From Nitrospinaceae bacterium (GTDB taxonomy: Bacteria; Nitrospinota; Nitrospinia; Nitrospinales; Nitrospinaceae): DNA of 64,000 nucleotides. How positions within the stretch are numbered: the first letter of the stretch is position 1; each line of letters starts with the position of its first letter. This document shows, in pieces, positions 9,247-17,870 of this stretch. Location: NCBI GenBank assembly GCA_965223665.1, contig OZ245011.1, forward strand, positions 2,176,001-2,240,000, in the 5' to 3' direction. The notes below the pieces were generated by a model. The model made no database searches and was not told the DNA's origin. It was given only the letters and a program-made list of their open reading frames with translations. The position numbers and the translations under genes were made by a program.

Positions 9247-9726
9247 ATGAAAACCAAACTAACTATAATTTCGTTAATTCTTATCTGTTTCTTATTTTCT
9301 GGAACCCGGTTTGGGAATGCGGCGAATCGAAATTATCGCGTTGAAAATTGCAGCCGGGCCCAACTGTGGCCGGAAATACTGAAAGATTTGAAATGGCGTG
9401 ATCCGGAAACCGCTGAGTTCATCGATAAAAATATCAAGCCTGTCCAAGAACGCCCTCAACTGACCGATGAGGACTATCAACAAATTGAACGGTTTGATAA
9501 AAGGATTCATTATTTTCTATCCGAGTGCATGCTTTTGATTAAAGAAGTAAATGTGTTGATTAAGGAGGTCCATAAAATTGATCCCAATAAAACTTGGGCG
9601 GTTGGAGATGAAATTAGAGGAACCCTAGACAAGTATGAAATTCCTTTTGATTACAAATATACAAAAAAAGATGAATTTATTTTTTATGTCATTTTTGCGC
9701 CTTTAACGCCGGGCGAAACCTTTTAA
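9247..9726 (+). CDS. Secreted protein, putative immunity paralog I4 (partner of SLT 9689..10591)
   Basis: Signal peptide ending FGNA, ENC..W and SECMLLIKEVN motifs, 38-bp 3' overlap with T2. Confidence 0.8.
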   Translation: MKTKLTIISLILICFLFSGTRFGNAANRNYRVENCSRAQLWPEILKDLKWRDPETAEFIDKNIKPVQERPQLTDEDYQQIERFDKRIHYFLSECMLLIKEVNVLIKEVHKIDPNKTWAVGDEIRGTLDKYEIPFDYKYTKKDEFIFYVIFAPLTPGETF

Positions 9727-10591
9727 GATAATTCTGTGTTTCCTGCGGCATAAACTGTATTACCTTATCTATTTTTTGATTTGCTCCAACTCCAAACTTA
9801 TTTACCGCTTTTCTCCTTGCCTCTTTCACCGCATTTGGGCTTGAATTATACTCAATGATCGAAAATTCTAATCGGTTATCCACTCTTGGATAGCGTCTCC
9901 AAATATCACTAAACAACAACCACTTGGTTGCCCGAATGTTTGAAGCTGAGTCATTTAAAATTTGTTGTTGCGATAAATTTAATCCGCTTTGATTGGCAAT
10001 TCCCTGGGCAGTTCCCGGCATGATCTGACCCAAGCCTTTGGCTCCCATTGGACTGGTTTGACCGGGCACAAAACTGGATTCTAATTCCACGATGGTTTTA
10101 ATAATTCGAGCTGCGTCTCTATTAGTAAACCCTGTGGGAATTTTTACATCCGGTTCACTCGTTATTATTTCAATAGATTTCTTAACCTCCTTCACCGTAC
10201 TGAATTTATAATTGGTATTAAATTTTCCCTGCTGACCGGGTTGCTTGCTTTGGCCTTTCGGGGCGTTGACCAGGTTCTGTTGAATAGCCCAGTCCATTTG
10301 AGCATTGCCACTGCCGAGGGCACTGGTGGGAAGAGGTTTATCCGGGTTCTCTGTGTTGTACAAAATACTTGGATCAATCGTCCTCTCTGAGGCTGGAAGA
10401 CTTTCCTGTGCGGTTAAACCTCCATTCAATAACATTGGTCTTCGATTTCTTCGTCTTCCTCTTTGGGTGCCAAGCCGGCGGTCATCCTTTTTTCCGGAGC
10501 CATCTCCGTAAAGAATTTCTGCCATCTCTTCCCATCTTTCCCGACTCGGGAGATTGGAACTACCATATTCACTTAAATTAATTCTTCCCAT
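9689..10591 (-). CDS. Lytic transglycosylase (SLT domain) with conserved leader, variant T2
   Basis: ELESSF (catalytic Glu), SPMGAKGLGQIMPGTA, EYNS, PQETQNYL motifs. Confidence 0.9.
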   Translation of the reverse strand: MGRINLSEYGSSNLPSRERWEEMAEILYGDGSGKKDDRRLGTQRGRRRNRRPMLLNGGLTAQESLPASERTIDPSILYNTENPDKPLPTSALGSGNAQMDWAIQQNLVNAPKGQSKQPGQQGKFNTNYKFSTVKEVKKSIEIITSEPDVKIPTGFTNRDAARIIKTIVELESSFVPGQTSPMGAKGLGQIMPGTAQGIANQSGLNLSQQQILNDSASNIRATKWLLFSDIWRRYPRVDNRLEFSIIEYNSSPNAVKEARRKAVNKFGVGANQKIDKVIQFMPQETQNYLKRFRPALKAQK

Positions 10592-10665
10592 TTTCTATCC
10601 TTGTTCTAAAAATAACTTTTTAGCCACTGCTTTAACGTGAAATTGATGTGATATAATATTTGGTT

Positions 10666-11145
10666 ATGAGACGGATCTTAATTATATTTGTAGTTGTTGG
10701 CTTATTTATAAGTGGACCACAAATCGGAAACGCTGCCGACCAGAATTACATTATTGAAAACTGCGATCGCGAGTATCTTTGGGCTGAAATTTTGAAAGAC
10801 ATTCGCTGGCGCGCTCCGGAGGATGCTAAGTTTATTGAGGAACATATTCAACCTACCAAAAATCATCCAAAGCTGACAGAAAAGGACTACCGGGACATCG
10901 ATAAAATGGACAAAGCAATTCGTTGGTACGCCTCCGAATGCATTTTGCTGATGAAAGAAATCAATGAATTTTTGGGTGCTATTCATTCTAAGAACTCTGA
11001 TATTGCTATGGGTTTAACCTTTGAGATTGATGGAACCCTAAACAAATTTGATATACCGTTTTTCAGGCACTTTAATCGAGAAAATGAATTTAAACCTTTT
11101 TTTGAATTCATGTATTATCTTTATAAGCCTTCCGGAAAGCTTTGA
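10666..11145 (+). CDS. Secreted protein, putative immunity paralog I5 (partner of SLT 11108..12037)
   Basis: Signal peptide, family motifs, 38-bp 3' overlap with T3. Confidence 0.8.
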   Translation: MRRILIIFVVVGLFISGPQIGNAADQNYIIENCDREYLWAEILKDIRWRAPEDAKFIEEHIQPTKNHPKLTEKDYRDIDKMDKAIRWYASECILLMKEINEFLGAIHSKNSDIAMGLTFEIDGTLNKFDIPFFRHFNRENEFKPFFEFMYYLYKPSGKL

Positions 11146-12037
11146 GATATTCTGCCGGTGATAAATCGTTCTTATTCGGTCGTGTATTCATGGATTTCAG
11201 CTTCAAGACTTCCTTAATCTTGTTTCCTGCTCCCTGACCAAATGATTTTTCAGCTTCCTTTCTCGCTTTTTTTACATCATTCGCCCCTATTTTGTACTCC
11301 AATACCAGAAACCCGATTCGATCATCCGCCTTATCATAGCGTTTCCAGCCATCAAAAAATAAAACCTGTCCGGCAATGATATTAGCTTCATTTTTATCCA
11401 AAATATCGGTTTTGGTAAAACCCGTATTTAGATTTTGGGCAATTAAACCTGCTGTCCCATCAAGTATCTGCATCAATCCGGAAGCTGTGGAGTTTGGATT
11501 TTTTACTTTTGGCCTAAAACTGGATTCAATTTGAATTAACGATTTTGTGATTCGACTCACCTCTTGAACAGGAACCGGATAACCAAATTTCTTATGGGTT
11601 TTAACGGTAATTAAATCCACCAAATGTTTGACCTCTTTCACCGTACCAAATTTATAATTGGTATTAAATTTTCCTTGCTGACCGGGTTGCTTGCTTTGGC
11701 CTTTCGGTGCGTTGACGATTGCCTGCTGCATAGCCCAGTCCATTTGCGGGTTACCGCTGCCGAGGGCGCTGGGGGGAAGAGGTTTATCCGGGTTCTCTGT
11801 GTTGTACAAAATACTTGGATCAATCGTCCTCTCTGAGGCTGGAAGACTTTCCTGTGCGGTTAAACCTCCATTCAATAATGTTGGTCTCCGATTTCTTCGT
11901 CTTCCTTTTTTAGTGCCAACCCGGCGGTCATCCTTTTTTCCGGAGTCATCTCCGTAAAGAATTTCTGCCATCTCTTCCCATCTTTCCCGACTCGGTGGAT
12001 TGGAACTACCATATTCACTTAAATTAATTCTTCCCAT
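11108..12037 (-). CDS. Lytic transglycosylase (SLT domain) with conserved leader, variant T3
   Basis: QIESSFRP (catalytic Glu), STASGLMQI, ANIIAG, EYKIG motifs; RBS AAGGATAG upstream. Confidence 0.9.
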   Translation of the reverse strand: MGRINLSEYGSSNPPSRERWEEMAEILYGDDSGKKDDRRVGTKKGRRRNRRPTLLNGGLTAQESLPASERTIDPSILYNTENPDKPLPPSALGSGNPQMDWAMQQAIVNAPKGQSKQPGQQGKFNTNYKFGTVKEVKHLVDLITVKTHKKFGYPVPVQEVSRITKSLIQIESSFRPKVKNPNSTASGLMQILDGTAGLIAQNLNTGFTKTDILDKNEANIIAGQVLFFDGWKRYDKADDRIGFLVLEYKIGANDVKKARKEAEKSFGQGAGNKIKEVLKLKSMNTRPNKNDLSPAEYLKAFRKAYKDNT

Positions 12038-12280
12038 TTTCTATCCTTTAATTAATTCCCGGAATGTGAATCACCCCAGCCCGGCCCCCGGCCGGCAGGA
12101 ACATTCTTTTGCGATGATTTAATTTCAATGCTATATCTTCACAAAGTTTTCGAGGATTATAGTTGCCCCCAATCGCTAGATTGGAAAAGGGGAGCGCATT
12201 GGCTTCCCATTTTTATATTTGCTTCTAAAAGTAAAATTTGAGAACAGTTTCTGTCGATTCAATGTTCGCCACCGATCAGC

Positions 12281-12397
12281 GCAAATGAAAGTTGCCGCCA
12301 CGGCGAGTGAGTGCCCCCAATCGCTAGATTGGAAAAGAGGGAGCACATCGGCTTCCATAGAAACTCAACGCAAATGAAAGTTGCCGCCACGGCGAGT
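12281..12397. repeat. Short direct repeat within a cluster of dispersed palindromic elements
   Basis: GCAAATGAAAGTTGCCGCCACGGCGAGT at 12281 and 12370; CCCCCAATCGCTAGATTGGAAAAG at ~12166 and ~12314. Confidence 0.85.
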
Positions 12398-12657
12398 GGT
12401 GAATCACCCTGACCCTCTTTAGGAAAGAGGGAGCACATCGTTTTCCCCTGCGTCATATTCTCCAAAAGACAAAATCTGAGTTTGAAAATTTTCTGAAGAT
12501 TCCCTTCTATATATAGAACAAACTCACTTCCCTTTCTTAGATCACTGATCGGTATTCCGCCAGTTCAGGAAGCGGGCCCAAAGGCGGCGCAGCCAGCGTT
12601 TCAGTTTTTGCCAAAATCCGGGAGGGTCTTCTTGGGGTTTTCTATTTTGCCAGGGCA

Positions 12658-14775
12658 TCAGTTCATTCCATTTTCAAAGAGGAGTAATAAGTCTATGTCT
12701 GTATTCCAGAACGGTCCCGGTACGGTCGGGCCGCTTAAAACCATCACTGCGTTCGGCGTCACCACCAGCGGAACGTTGCCCACCAATACAAAGCTGGATT
12801 GGCCGGCGCTGTAATCCATTGGTGAATTGGCACTCAAAACCGCGGCCACGTCTCCATCCACCCAGGGATGTTTGTTTTGCTCCAAAACTGAACTGACCGC
12901 CAAAGCCAACGTGATATCTCCCGCAATTTCCGGGTGACGGTTCATTAACATTCCGGCCTGAGGTGTCAATTCCAGATCCACATTGCCGGCAATCGAATAC
13001 GCGCCGAACGCACTCATTCCGGATTGTGGGGTGAGGGTGACGGAAACGGTTCCGTCGATGGAGGGATGGATTTGAACGTCCATCACCGATGCGGCCTCAA
13101 ACTGGCTGGTCACGTTGCCATCAATCGAAGGATGAATATTAAAATCGAAAATTCCTTCGGCAGACAGGGTTAAGGGAATATTGCCGCTCAACGACGGATG
13201 AATGTTTTTCACAAATGTGGACAGCGGTGTGATGTCCAACGGAACCGATCCGGTCAAATTCAAATGTTGATTGTATTGCTCGATTCCATCCGGGGAGAGA
13301 GTGACCATTACATTGCCGACGACGGAAAAATCAAAATGCGCGGTCATGATCGCCGCGGGTGTAACGTCGGCAGTGACGTTGCCGGTAATGGAGTAACTTG
13401 CCGCAGGAGTGCCGACGGTAATGGATGGAGTTTGCGTGATCGTATTTAAAATTTGGAAAGACTCTTGTCGGGCTAGACGGAACTCAATGACATCAGTATC
13501 CACTGTGTCTGCATCGACGATCTTAATGACAAACTCAACTTCGGTTTCGTCATTGCCGGCAAAGGTGATTTTCTTACCCTGCCAATCGTTCTCCATCACG
13601 TATCCGGTGGCAAACGTGCCCGAACCTAAACGCTGAGTACTGTTTTCGAGATCCGTGATATTCGAACTCAATACGAGTTGGGCAACCGAAGAAGCATTGG
13701 TCACGCCACCCCAGGAACCTGAATTTAATCGTCGTTGCAATGAAAGCGCATCGACAGCACCATTAGCCGTTGCACACTTCACCAGGAAGCGCAACCGAAC
13801 TGTGGTTTCCGCTTGGAGAGTAATGTCTGTGTTCAATGCGGCTTTAAATGTAGCTGCCGACTCCGAGCCGTCGTCATTAATAAAACGAAATGAATGTTGA
13901 TCCAATACTGGTTCGTCAACGGTTATGCGTGGGGTTTGGGTGTAGGCATCGAGGGCAGTGGACCCGTCGTAAACACGAAAATCGATGGTGTCTAAATCCG
14001 CGACTTCCTGAGGTCGAATCCAAAAACAGAATTCCACTTCGGTGTGTTCGCTAGCGGCTAAAGTAATCGCGGCGGCTTGTCCGTCAGATTCGTCAAACTC
14101 ACCGGCTTTAAACGTTCCGGTTCCTCCAAGTTGGTCGGTGGTTGCAGTGCCATTCGAAATATTAGGTGAACCAATAGACCGAGCAATCGAGGAAGCACCG
14201 TCAACGCGAGTGTAAGTTCCACTGGAGTGACTGCGATACAAAGTAGGCGTGAACGTAATTCCGGAACCGCCCGTTTCCTGAACGACAAACCGTAAGCGCA
14301 CCGGGACATCTGTCGAATGGTTGATGCTGGTATTTTCTGTTGCCAGCCAGGTTGCGGTGGTTTCGCTTCCATCGGTATCTCTAAATCGGAACCCGGTCTG
14401 ATCCAGTGTAGCGGATACAGCGTTGACCGTAATAGTTTGGCTGGAACTGTTGGTGGCGGCACCGCCGTTGTTGTTATCGATAACGCGGATGCGAACCGCA
14501 TAAGTCCCGGCGGTGTTGCAGGTAATGGTCTGGGTGTGCTCCAGCTCATCCCCTAAATTGGAGAGCGTGTTGGTGGGCGTGGTGAGTGCCGCGCCACTGG
14601 AGGGAATGTTCACCCAGGTGCTGGTGCCCTGGTCCCACTGCCAGATCATGTTGTAATCCCCACCGCCGTGATTGGACAGAGTGACCTGCCCTCCCATGGT
14701 AAACGTTTGGCCTTCGTTTAGATTCGGGTCGCTAGTGGGTTGAGTTAAGCTGACACTGGTTACGGTTTTAGCCAT
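12658..14775 (-). CDS. Large beta-rich phage fibre/structural-like protein with internal repeats
   Basis: Thr/Ser/Gly-rich. Two ~165-aa homologous domains (LDQTGFRFRDTDGSETTAT / LDQHSFRFINDDGSESAAT) and about ten ~22-aa C-terminal repeats of the form SIxGNVxLxLTP. Confidence 0.6.
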   Translation of the reverse strand: MAKTVTSVSLTQPTSDPNLNEGQTFTMGGQVTLSNHGGGDYNMIWQWDQGTSTWVNIPSSGAALTTPTNTLSNLGDELEHTQTITCNTAGTYAVRIRVIDNNNGGAATNSSSQTITVNAVSATLDQTGFRFRDTDGSETTATWLATENTSINHSTDVPVRLRFVVQETGGSGITFTPTLYRSHSSGTYTRVDGASSIARSIGSPNISNGTATTDQLGGTGTFKAGEFDESDGQAAAITLAASEHTEVEFCFWIRPQEVADLDTIDFRVYDGSTALDAYTQTPRITVDEPVLDQHSFRFINDDGSESAATFKAALNTDITLQAETTVRLRFLVKCATANGAVDALSLQRRLNSGSWGGVTNASSVAQLVLSSNITDLENSTQRLGSGTFATGYVMENDWQGKKITFAGNDETEVEFVIKIVDADTVDTDVIEFRLARQESFQILNTITQTPSITVGTPAASYSITGNVTADVTPAAIMTAHFDFSVVGNVMVTLSPDGIEQYNQHLNLTGSVPLDITPLSTFVKNIHPSLSGNIPLTLSAEGIFDFNIHPSIDGNVTSQFEAASVMDVQIHPSIDGTVSVTLTPQSGMSAFGAYSIAGNVDLELTPQAGMLMNRHPEIAGDITLALAVSSVLEQNKHPWVDGDVAAVLSANSPMDYSAGQSSFVLVGNVPLVVTPNAVMVLSGPTVPGPFWNTDIDLLLLFENGMN

Positions 14776-15175
14776 GGTCCTCCACTTTTACAACTTTGAG
14801 ATAACAACGTTTTTCGCCCTGGGCGTATAAGTCATTGAGAGTGTCAATGTCCAGTTGCCGACGCGGCCAGACAACACAGGAAATGGGCTTGCAGGACCGC
14901 CCGCCCTTCTCCTGTTGGCCGCACTTGAGTGTGTCTTGATTCAAATGCTCGCAGGAAGTGCCCACCGGCCCGATCAACGGCATAGCCTGACAACATAACG
15001 CCTGACATTTTTCGGTGGGGCACCGCACCTGACCGTTTTCATCTTCCACATACCCCTGCACTTCGTACTGCTGGCCGTCTTTATCGACAAACTTCATTTG
15101 GTCCCAGTTTTCGGTACGCAGTACGACGTACGAGTATTGTGCGGAACTCTCTGTCTCCGTTGGGGGGATTGACAT
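14768..15175 (-). CDS. Cys-cluster (YkgJ/CxxCxxCC-like) metal-binding protein
   Basis: CPTEKCQALCC...CEHL...KC...KPISCVVWP pattern. Confidence 0.6.
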   Translation of the reverse strand: MSIPPTETESSAQYSYVVLRTENWDQMKFVDKDGQQYEVQGYVEDENGQVRCPTEKCQALCCQAMPLIGPVGTSCEHLNQDTLKCGQQEKGGRSCKPISCVVWPRRQLDIDTLNDLYAQGEKRCYLKVVKVEDHG

Positions 15176-15195
15176 ATAAGATTCGCCGAGTGTTC

Positions 15196-15507
15196 TCAGG
15201 AAAATTTATGAAGTTTAGCTCGGCGATCATCCGCCGCAACAGCGGTGTTATCCAAAGCCAAAGTCAATTGGTGCATCGCCAGCGCGGTGTTAATAGCATC
15301 TTGGGTTTTCGTTACCTGCTCCGAGGTTGCTGTGCCGCCATCGGTGAACAGTTGATCGGCCAATTCCTGATCGGACAAGGTTCCCTTGACTTCCTGCAGG
15401 TCTTTGTATTCCTCTTCAGCCTGAGCAAGGGTCACTAAAATCTGCTTACTGTGCTGTTCTAACCTGCGAACCACATCCGGCCATTTCATTTCACTTGAGT
15501 AAGGCAT
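15196..15507 (-). CDS. Hypothetical protein (phage structural operon)
   Basis: 103-aa helical ORF with RBS, co-oriented within the operon. Confidence 0.7.
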   Translation of the reverse strand: MPYSSEMKWPDVVRRLEQHSKQILVTLAQAEEEYKDLQEVKGTLSDQELADQLFTDGGTATSEQVTKTQDAINTALAMHQLTLALDNTAVAADDRRAKLHKFS

Positions 15508-15525
15508 AATTTATTTTGACTCCTG

Positions 15526-15954
15526 TTATTCCGCAGAGATTTGCGGGGTGATGTCGTAAGTATCGCCATCGTTTAAGGTATATGGTCCGTTACCGTCTAC
15601 TTCAATCGCAAGGATTCGCGCCGTTCCTGTGCCTGCGGGCTTCGTTGCAATGAAATATCCATATATACTTCCGGAGTAATTGCCGCCCGATGGTGAAAAC
15701 TGCTGAACGGCGTAGGTCATGGGATTGGCCGAGGTCCAACTACCATCAGTAAGCGTCTTGCGTGCATAGCCCCCGCCGGTAGGTTCTGTGATGGTAGCTT
15801 CCGTGATGGTGTCCCCAGGAGCAGAATTTGTAAACAGACCCAATTCCAGATCGGCTCCTCTATCGGTGTTAGTGTTAAACGTTGAAACGTTTTCGGCGGA
15901 CAAGGCTAAATCTAAAAAAACCTGTTCCCCTTCATTGGGCACAAATCCGGGCAT
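15526..15954 (-). CDS. Phage fibre-associated structural protein
   Basis: LGLFT...EPTGGGYARKTL...W...YGYFI...LNDGD pattern seen in small phage fibre-associated proteins; strong AGGAGG RBS. Confidence 0.65.
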   Translation of the reverse strand: MPGFVPNEGEQVFLDLALSAENVSTFNTNTDRGADLELGLFTNSAPGDTITEATITEPTGGGYARKTLTDGSWTSANPMTYAVQQFSPSGGNYSGSIYGYFIATKPAGTGTARILAIEVDGNGPYTLNDGDTYDITPQISAE

Positions 15955-15965
15955 ATCTTTACCTC

Positions 15966-16259
15966 CTATTCGTTAACCGCAACCGCGTGCGGGATTAAAT
16001 GTTCTCGTGGTATTTCTCGATATTCTCGCGGGTCCGGTCCCTCGAATTCGGGATGGGTGACCAAATCGTTAGTGAAAATCACTTCGTAACCTTTGCGCGC
16101 CATGATGCGTTGAAAGCTGGCGGGGTCATCGTTCTCTCCCACTCGCCCTCTAAAGTTGAACTGTCCGGATGGCTCGCCCTGACCGGGCATAAACTGGTGC
16201 TGTCCTTCCGCCTCGCTCTCGTTTTCTTTTTTCTTTGAAGTTTCCAAATAGCAAAACAT
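15966..16259 (-). CDS. Hypothetical protein
   Basis: 97-aa ORF abutting both neighbours in the operon. Confidence 0.6.
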   Translation of the reverse strand: MFCYLETSKKKENESEAEGQHQFMPGQGEPSGQFNFRGRVGENDDPASFQRIMARKGYEVIFTNDLVTHPEFEGPDPREYREIPREHLIPHAVAVNE

Positions 16260-16658
16260 TTATCTCACTCCTGCGGTTAAAGTTATGTTGGTATTAGATC
16301 CTGCGAGCCGGGCCGCCTCTATTCGTATGGCATCGAATCCACTAGGGTATAACAGAAACCAGCCGCGGGTCCCCGACGGCAAAGTCGTCAGGTCGCTACT
16401 GGCGCCGATCAGGACGCCTTCCGGCGTGGTGTAATCGGTCGGAGTGGAATACAACACGCTCCAGGCGCCGCTTTTTTGGGCTCGTGCCGAAATGACAAAT
16501 TGATCAAGATCGGTGGTGTCGGAAAGGATTTGCACAAAGAGGGCATAACGGTAGAGGATCCGTATATCCTTGATGACAGTTAGAGATTCGTCTTCCAACA
16601 CCACCGATGCGGAGACGTATTCTATCGGCTGCGATTTATATCCGTCGTGATTCGACAT
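16260..16658 (-). CDS. Hypothetical protein, beta-rich, possible virion component
   Basis: 132-aa ORF with upstream GAGGAG; operon context. Confidence 0.65.
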   Translation of the reverse strand: MSNHDGYKSQPIEYVSASVVLEDESLTVIKDIRILYRYALFVQILSDTTDLDQFVISARAQKSGAWSVLYSTPTDYTTPEGVLIGASSDLTTLPSGTRGWFLLYPSGFDAIRIEAARLAGSNTNITLTAGVR

Positions 16659-16694
16659 TCTATATGTTGACTCCTCGCTTGAAGATCGCGGTTA

Positions 16695-17024
16695 TCATTG
16701 ACAGCATGGACCGTGAACATCCATAGCCAGTTGGTTTTCTAATCCGGAAACGTATTGGGTGTGTTTGATGAAATCGGCCTTGTTCAAGCAGGACAGCATT
16801 TCCTGATCGACCACCCCGCTGTTTAAGTATTGCCATTCGATGAAGGGTCGTTGAAACCTTCGAGGCTTTGAAGATACCTGGCTCCACGTGAACCGATCCG
16901 GGTGCCGGGAAGTTTCCACTTGCGAAGTGGCCAGGCGCTGTTGGCACGCATAACTTTCGATGGCATAGTAAACGGCAAAACAAATGCTGTAGACAATCAC
17001 TGCCATTAAAAGGAAACGTTTCAT
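16695..17024 (-). CDS. Hypothetical secreted/membrane-anchored protein
   Basis: N-terminal hydrophobic helix; ATGA overlap with the upstream ORF. Confidence 0.55.
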   Translation of the reverse strand: MKRFLLMAVIVYSICFAVYYAIESYACQQRLATSQVETSRHPDRFTWSQVSSKPRRFQRPFIEWQYLNSGVVDQEMLSCLNKADFIKHTQYVSGLENQLAMDVHGPCCQ

Positions 17025-17227
17025 GATCGCGGCACCCCGACCTTATTGACGGGTTTGTCCTTAGGGTTGGAATGAGGTGAGTTTTTCAGTAAATTCCGTT
17101 CCTTTAAGTCGCTTTTCCCTGAGGTCCTTCCATAAGACTGGCGGCTGCCGAGCCAGGCCGCATAAAGCAACAAAACCGTGATGGAAATTATCACTACGAC
17201 TAAAGCTTCGACCATTCCTGCCTCCAC
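17021..17227 (-). CDS. Small single-TM protein
   Basis: Hydrophobic N-terminus; coupled to neighbours. Confidence 0.5.
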   Translation of the reverse strand: MEAGMVEALVVVIISITVLLLYAAWLGSRQSYGRTSGKSDLKERNLLKNSPHSNPKDKPVNKVGVPRS

Positions 17228-17427
17228 TCTTCATCTTTGGGATCCGGGAACATCACGTCCAGCGTTTGTCTCACCGATTCCGAAACATTGGTAGACCCCG
17301 GTTGGTTCTTGCGAATCGAATCTTCGTTTTGCCAGAACTGGTCCCAGTAGATTTTGCTGAGTTGTTGTCCCGAGAGGACATCTTTCACGGTTCCGTCGGG
17401 ACGCTTGACGCGAACTTCATAAAACAT
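17200..17427 (-). CDS. Small hypothetical protein (paralog of 57300..57575)
   Basis: MFYEVRVKRPDGTVKDVLS...YWDQFW versus MIFECKVFSAQGELKQVLD...HWEGFW. Confidence 0.65.
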   Translation of the reverse strand: MFYEVRVKRPDGTVKDVLSGQQLSKIYWDQFWQNEDSIRKNQPGSTNVSESVRQTLDVMFPDPKDEEWRQEWSKL

Positions 17428-17624
17428 GGAAAACCCTGTAAGGAATCAGAATTCAGGCGGGCCGCACTCACACGTTCGCCCAATACTCTATTAATTTACA
17501 AGGTTTCGAAACAAAATGTAATGGAAGGGATAAGTGGAAGTTGGTTGTGGAAGTAATTTATGAATGTTTCACAAGGAACGTAACGTATCAGATAATTTAA
17601 ATATAAGATTCTAGAGGGTGATAC

Positions 17625-17804
17625 CCCCAGCCCTCTTTAAAAAGGAGACCTTTGCGTAAGTCAGAAAAAATAAAACCCCTGAATGTGAATCACCCCGACC
17701 CTCTTTAGGAAAGAGGGCGAACATGGGTTTCCAGTTTTTAATTAGACCTGTTTGTTCAATAATCCTTGCTTATGCAAGGCTCTCTTTAAAAAGAGGGAGC
17801 ACAT
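17625..17804. repeat. ~180-bp dispersed palindromic (REP/MITE-like) element
   Basis: Near-identical to 27745..27924 and, inverted, to 52243..52384; contains CCCTCTTT-n-AAAGAGGG hairpins. Confidence 0.9.
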
Positions 17805-17870
17805 CTACTTTTATTTTTATGTTTTCTTCTGAAGGAAAAATCCGGAAAGCTATTTCATTGAATTTTGTAT

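Noticed and set aside
7644-12037. Diversity-generating retroelement as the source of T/I variation
   Set aside because: No reverse transcriptase is present, and the variation is whole-domain divergence with indels rather than adenine-specific substitution.
7644-12037. Ordinary holin-endolysin-spanin lysis cassette
   Set aside because: The position upstream of terS fits, but no holin or spanin is adjacent, there are three divergent copies, and each has a convergent secreted partner. Not fully excluded as the ancestral role.
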